From positions 12,030,001-12,094,000 of the forward strand of contig NC_045697.1 of NCBI RefSeq assembly GCF_009834535.1: DNA of 64,000 nucleotides. The letters run 5' to 3'. The notes beneath the pieces were generated by a model that saw only the letters and a program-made list of their open reading frames with translations, ran no database searches and was not told the origin of the DNA. Source of the DNA: Camelus ferus. Lineage: Eukaryota. Below, piece after piece: positions 59,814-64,000 of the stretch. The first letter of the stretch is position 1; every line of letters begins with the position of its first letter. The position numbers were made by a program, and so were the translations under genes.

Positions 59814-61152
59814 CTGGATGGATGGAATGAAACGATGGTAAACTGATGCATGAGAGACTCTCACACAGCTATGGAAGGGGAGGGTCCACTCCTTTATTAT
59901 ACTCCTTGCTTAGGTAACATCACTGCTTATGACTCTTTTAAGTCTGTGAGATGTAGTAGTTACTCCTTATCAAAGCAAACGCTACAGTCCTGGTAGGACA
60001 GTGTGTCAATCATACGGTGGCCTCAACGGGCAGACCTTCCAAGAACATAAAATCCTAACTCAGTATTTGTAAAAAATATTCTCATGATGTTGCTATTCCT
60101 CTGACAGATGCTTGCAGAGCAACACTTTTAATTTTTTTACAATTAGAGTTCCATTATAAAAAATACCCAAATCCTAAAGGAGTTTTTGTTAGTAGAAACG
60201 TGACGTTACCGCTAAACAAGTAATAAAAGAGTCAACCCCTTTAAAGGAAATCTGTAGCAGCAAGAATATTTCCAAACACAAACATCCCATATTTCCACAA
60301 GACTAATTTTTTTCTAGATAAAAACTTAAAATTTGAAACAAGTAGATAAGTTATATTTGGGTAAAATAATTTTAGATATTATACATGTTATTTCTACTTT
60401 AAATGTTATCACTATAATTTTCAAAGTTTCTCAAATAGAAAGCTCATTATACCCTGTGACTCAAAAAAGCTATTACAGCCTTAGTTGAAACAAACTTCAC
60501 TCTACATCCAAGATTTAAACATGACAAAAAAGCTTCCTATGCAGTTTGCTATTGGGAAGATGCAAAAGCTACAAAAAAAAAATTCCGAAAGTCCAACAGA
60601 AAAGCATTTCACTATTATTTATTTATTTATTTATTTATGTAATTTAACAACAGCTTTAAAGCATGAAAGGACTTTTTGTGGCGATTTCTAGATATATTAA
60701 ATTGTCTGCCACCACACCTAAAACACAATAAAAAAAAATCTAAACACTGTTAAGTTAGTTATAAGAATTAGTAAGTACAGTATTTTTAAAATTGGTTGAT
60801 TGTTTAAAAAACTAAATAGTGAAATTACATATTTTCCTTAAAATTGCCTCCTAAATATTAAATTTAAAATTCTCTCACTTGTCCTGCTTCTTAGTTTGTA
60901 TTCTATGATTAAGTTGGTAGTTCATTTTAGTAACATGAACTAAAGTTTGGTGATTGTTCTGATAACTTTTCTTTAACAGAAAGAATAAAAAAGAAAGAGA
61001 AAAGACAAATGAAAGGTATGAGAGACACACACTTATGAGTGACGAAAATTCTGGAAGAAAACTACATATGTCAATCTACTCAAAGTAGTATTAAGAGTTC
61101 TCTGCATAATTTTATATTAATATTAACTTATTATTTCCTAGATATTGCTTAC

Positions 61153-61246
61153 CCAGCCATTGAATTTTCAGAAGAAGGATCACATATGGATGACTCTTCA
61201 GATTTTATGCTGGTTTTCTTTGTAGAGAGATCTAACACTCCATCCC
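61153..61246 (-). CDS. LCORL: LCORL last common exon (exon 6 by human analogy), 94 nt, CtBP-type VLDLS motif
   Basis: attatag|GGGATGGA...GCTGG|gtaagc; [31 protein letters not shown]. Confidence 0.95.
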
Positions 61247-62189
61247 CTATAATTTTTGCAAGAGAAAAAACTTTATATTTGTGACAAATAGGTAATCCTT
61301 ACATTTTAACATTTCATATTTTGATGATCTCCTAATTCATCACCTAAAAATTAACACTTGCATTTGACATGTGGTCATTACCAACTCATCTTATGGTTTT
61401 AGCAACAGGACATGACTGGGAAGGCACTACATAGGAAAAAAGAAACAGAGAAAGATCTGGCATTGCCAAGTGATATGAAGAAACAAAGAGACTATGATAT
61501 AAAATCTGTTTAAAATTCAGCCTTGGTCACCTTTCCCACTGTTCTACAGTGAGCCATTTGACTGCTCATTCAATAGAAACAGGACTGTTTTCTGTTCAAG
61601 GCTGCCCAGATAATGCTTTGGGAAAGTAGGAATAATGTATGTCATACAAAACAGCGCATAGAAAATATGATGATGAATAAGAGAACAATAATTAGCATTT
61701 ACCAAGACTAGCAATATGTGGGACATATACTTTAGGTAATCCTTGACTCTATGTTCAACCAATGCATTTTTTGGAACTCACAGTATAACATCTTACTGTT
61801 TTTAGTAACTGAAATACACAACAGTTGAATCATTGCCTATGTAATATATTGTGGTTACATCTGTGATTGGATGAAGACAAAATAAGACATTTTAAGAAAA
61901 ACAACCTGTTTGAAAACAACTGCCTATATATTTGTTGCTAAAATGAAGTTGTTTTTATTACTATTACAATACTGAATTTACATAAATAAAACTTAAATGA
62001 CTCATATATTGTTAATCCAATAAACTTCAAAAAGAATAAAAATATGAATTTAAAACACAGCAACAAATAATGCTGTGAGTATGTCTTTACTGATAGCTAA
62101 AAACTGAAAATTAAAGCTAAAGGAAAGAAATTGTAAGAAAATTCATATTGAAAAAATATACTCAAAATTTCAGCTGGGTTTAAAAATAA

Positions 62190-63175
62190 TTCAACCATGT
62201 GCAAAGCACTGTTTTAGGAATCTGGAGAGCAGCAGTAAAAATGGCATACAAAGTACCTAGTCTCACAGTGCTTAGGATCTAGGCAAACAATTCATACACT
62301 ACCTCCACCATCACCACCAACCATATTTCAGGTTGATGGTAAGTGCTACTTAGGAAAAACAAAGCAGAGTAATGAGGGTAGGGCTAAGGCGGTTGCCATT
62401 TTATCAAGCGTTAACAGTATAAGGCTTCTTTGACTTGAATAGAGTCCTGAAGAAAGCGAGAGTACCAACCAAGCTGGTTATCTGGGAGAAAGCTTCTAGA
62501 AGGATCAGTCTGTGATATGGAATCATATCTGGAGTGTTTAAGGAACAGCAAAGAGGCCAGGGTGACAGGAGTGCAGTAAGCCAGGCTGAGTGAGATGAGA
62601 TCAGAAATGTTACAGGAAGCAGATCGCATAGGGCCTTATGGGCCATGGCAAGAAATTTGACTTTTATTTAGAAAGAGACAAGAAACCACTGGAAGACACT
62701 AAGCATAAGACAGGCACAAGTTTAATTTATGTTTTTAAAGGATCAATCTGCTGTGGGGAGAATGGACTGCAAAGAGCAAAGGGTGGAAAAGGGAAACCTG
62801 TTGGGGAAGTGCTAGGCTATTTTTCAGCTATGGGCTTTCGCACTTTCAATTAGCTACCTCTGCCTAGAAGACTCCTAATCCTTCCCTTTTATTCCCACAC
62901 TGATACTAATTCTCACCAAATCTTACTCATCATTCAGTCATTCAGGACACAAACTGAACTTGGTTCTAAGTATTCTAGGTTCCTATACCTGCAACACTTA
63001 CCTACGTTATTTAGCATTTAGCAGGCTATATTCTAGTTGTGTGTATACTCCCTAGGGCTAGCCACCAGACGATAAGCTACACGAAGGCAGAGACCATGTC
63101 TATTTTATTTATTGATGTACCCCACTGCCTACAACAGTACCTGGCACACAATAAATGTTCAAGAATATTTGATAA
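62190..63175. mobile_element. LINE-2 remnants: antisense piece ~62190-62830 and sense 3' end ~62840-63175
   Basis: GGAACAGCAAAGAGGCCAGGGTG..GGGCCATGGCAAGAAATTTGACTTTTATT and TAAGCTACACGAAGGCAGAGACCATGTCT..ACAGTACCTGGCACACAATAAATGTTCAA. Confidence 0.72.
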
Positions 63176-63409
63176 TTAGAATTTCAAAGAATTAGAAGAA
63201 ATTCAGTTACTGCTAGAAGTTAGAATGCCTGGATTAAAAGGGTAAAATGGGAGACTGGATAGATAAAGTATATGGTACATTGTTTTGTGTGTATATATTA
63301 TCAAGGTACTAATAATTAACTTGATGAATAAAAACTAAGTACTTACTATGCTAAAAATGCAGCAGAGCAATATAAAATAAATAAAACACAAAGAAAGAGA
63401 GACTGAAAT

Positions 63410-63920
63410 TCTTTCACCATTCATCTATTGGTAGGTACTTAGGTTGTTTTAGTTGTTCACTATTACAAACAATGCTGAAACGAAAATTCTTCTAAATGTT
63501 TTCTTTTGCTTCACGTATAAAAGTTTTTCAAAGATACACACCTAGAAGTTTAAGTGCTGGACAGTAGGGTATACATTTTACACTTTTGTAGGTATTACCA
63601 AAATTTTTTCCATACCCTTGACAACACTTGGTGTTGCTGAGATTTTTAATTTTTGCTAACCTGATGAGTAAGAGCAAGTTGCAGGGGTAAATCAGCGTGC
63701 AAGCGTGCATTTAGTATGCGTTTATGTGAATCCCTAAAGCACACAAAATTATTTTGCATATAGATGTATAAATAGGTATTATCAGTGGTTGCTGCCAAGG
63801 ATAAACAAAGGATGTGATAATTCCTTTAGAGAAAACATACCAGAAGCAAATATGATCAAATACATTTAGTAGTCCTGGGTGATGGGAACATGATTATTAC
63901 ACTGCATTTTCCTAATAAAC
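63410..63920. mobile_element. Ancient LINE-1 (L1ME-like) 3' fragments
   Basis: CCATTCATCTATTGGTAGGTACTTAGGTTGTTT..CTATTACAAACAATGCTG..TACACACCTAGAAGT. Similar old L1 text occurs at ~34640-35480 and ~6830-7340. Confidence 0.55.
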
Positions 63921-64000
63921 ACAATTGTTTCCATTTACTGGTTGTTGACTGAGCATTAACAACACAATTTAATTGTTTCTGATTAAACACTAATGTAAAA

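Noticed and set aside
59814..59851. Met start [12 protein letters not shown] of the 356-aa ORF
   Set aside because: Intronic extension upstream of the acceptor; the frame is closed by TGA four codons above the ATG.

Overview
AT-rich mammalian genomic DNA holding the convergent NCAPG/LCORL locus, a well-known body-size QTL region. The L1 3' end and the lack of recognisable Alu/B1/Bov-tA/SINEC/PRE/ERE SINEs suggest a camelid; this is inference. Plus strand: 18 coding exons of NCAPG (condensin I subunit CAP-G; exons 4-21 by human analogy, 3790-29877) splice into one open frame of 2504 nt, including one GC-AG intron. Minus strand: the 3' part of LCORL. A 94-nt exon (61153-61246) can splice in frame to three acceptors: the HTH-psq terminal exon (58781-59813), an intact 4826-nt PALI2 exon with AT-hooks and the PRC2-binding PIP region (48295-53120), and a distal terminal exon (acceptor at 32389) read in two different frames. 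Introns contain L1, L2, MIR, MLT/ERVL LTR and hAT (MER33, MER58, Charlie) remnants, a degraded U6 retrocopy and a near-perfect 176-bp tandem duplication. The core system is already known. The most novel candidates are a 27-nt LCORL microexon, possible nucleosome acidic-patch motifs in PALI2, a young TSD-flanked L1 and local GC-shifted coding patches. Repeat boundaries and family names are approximate and were assigned by eye.
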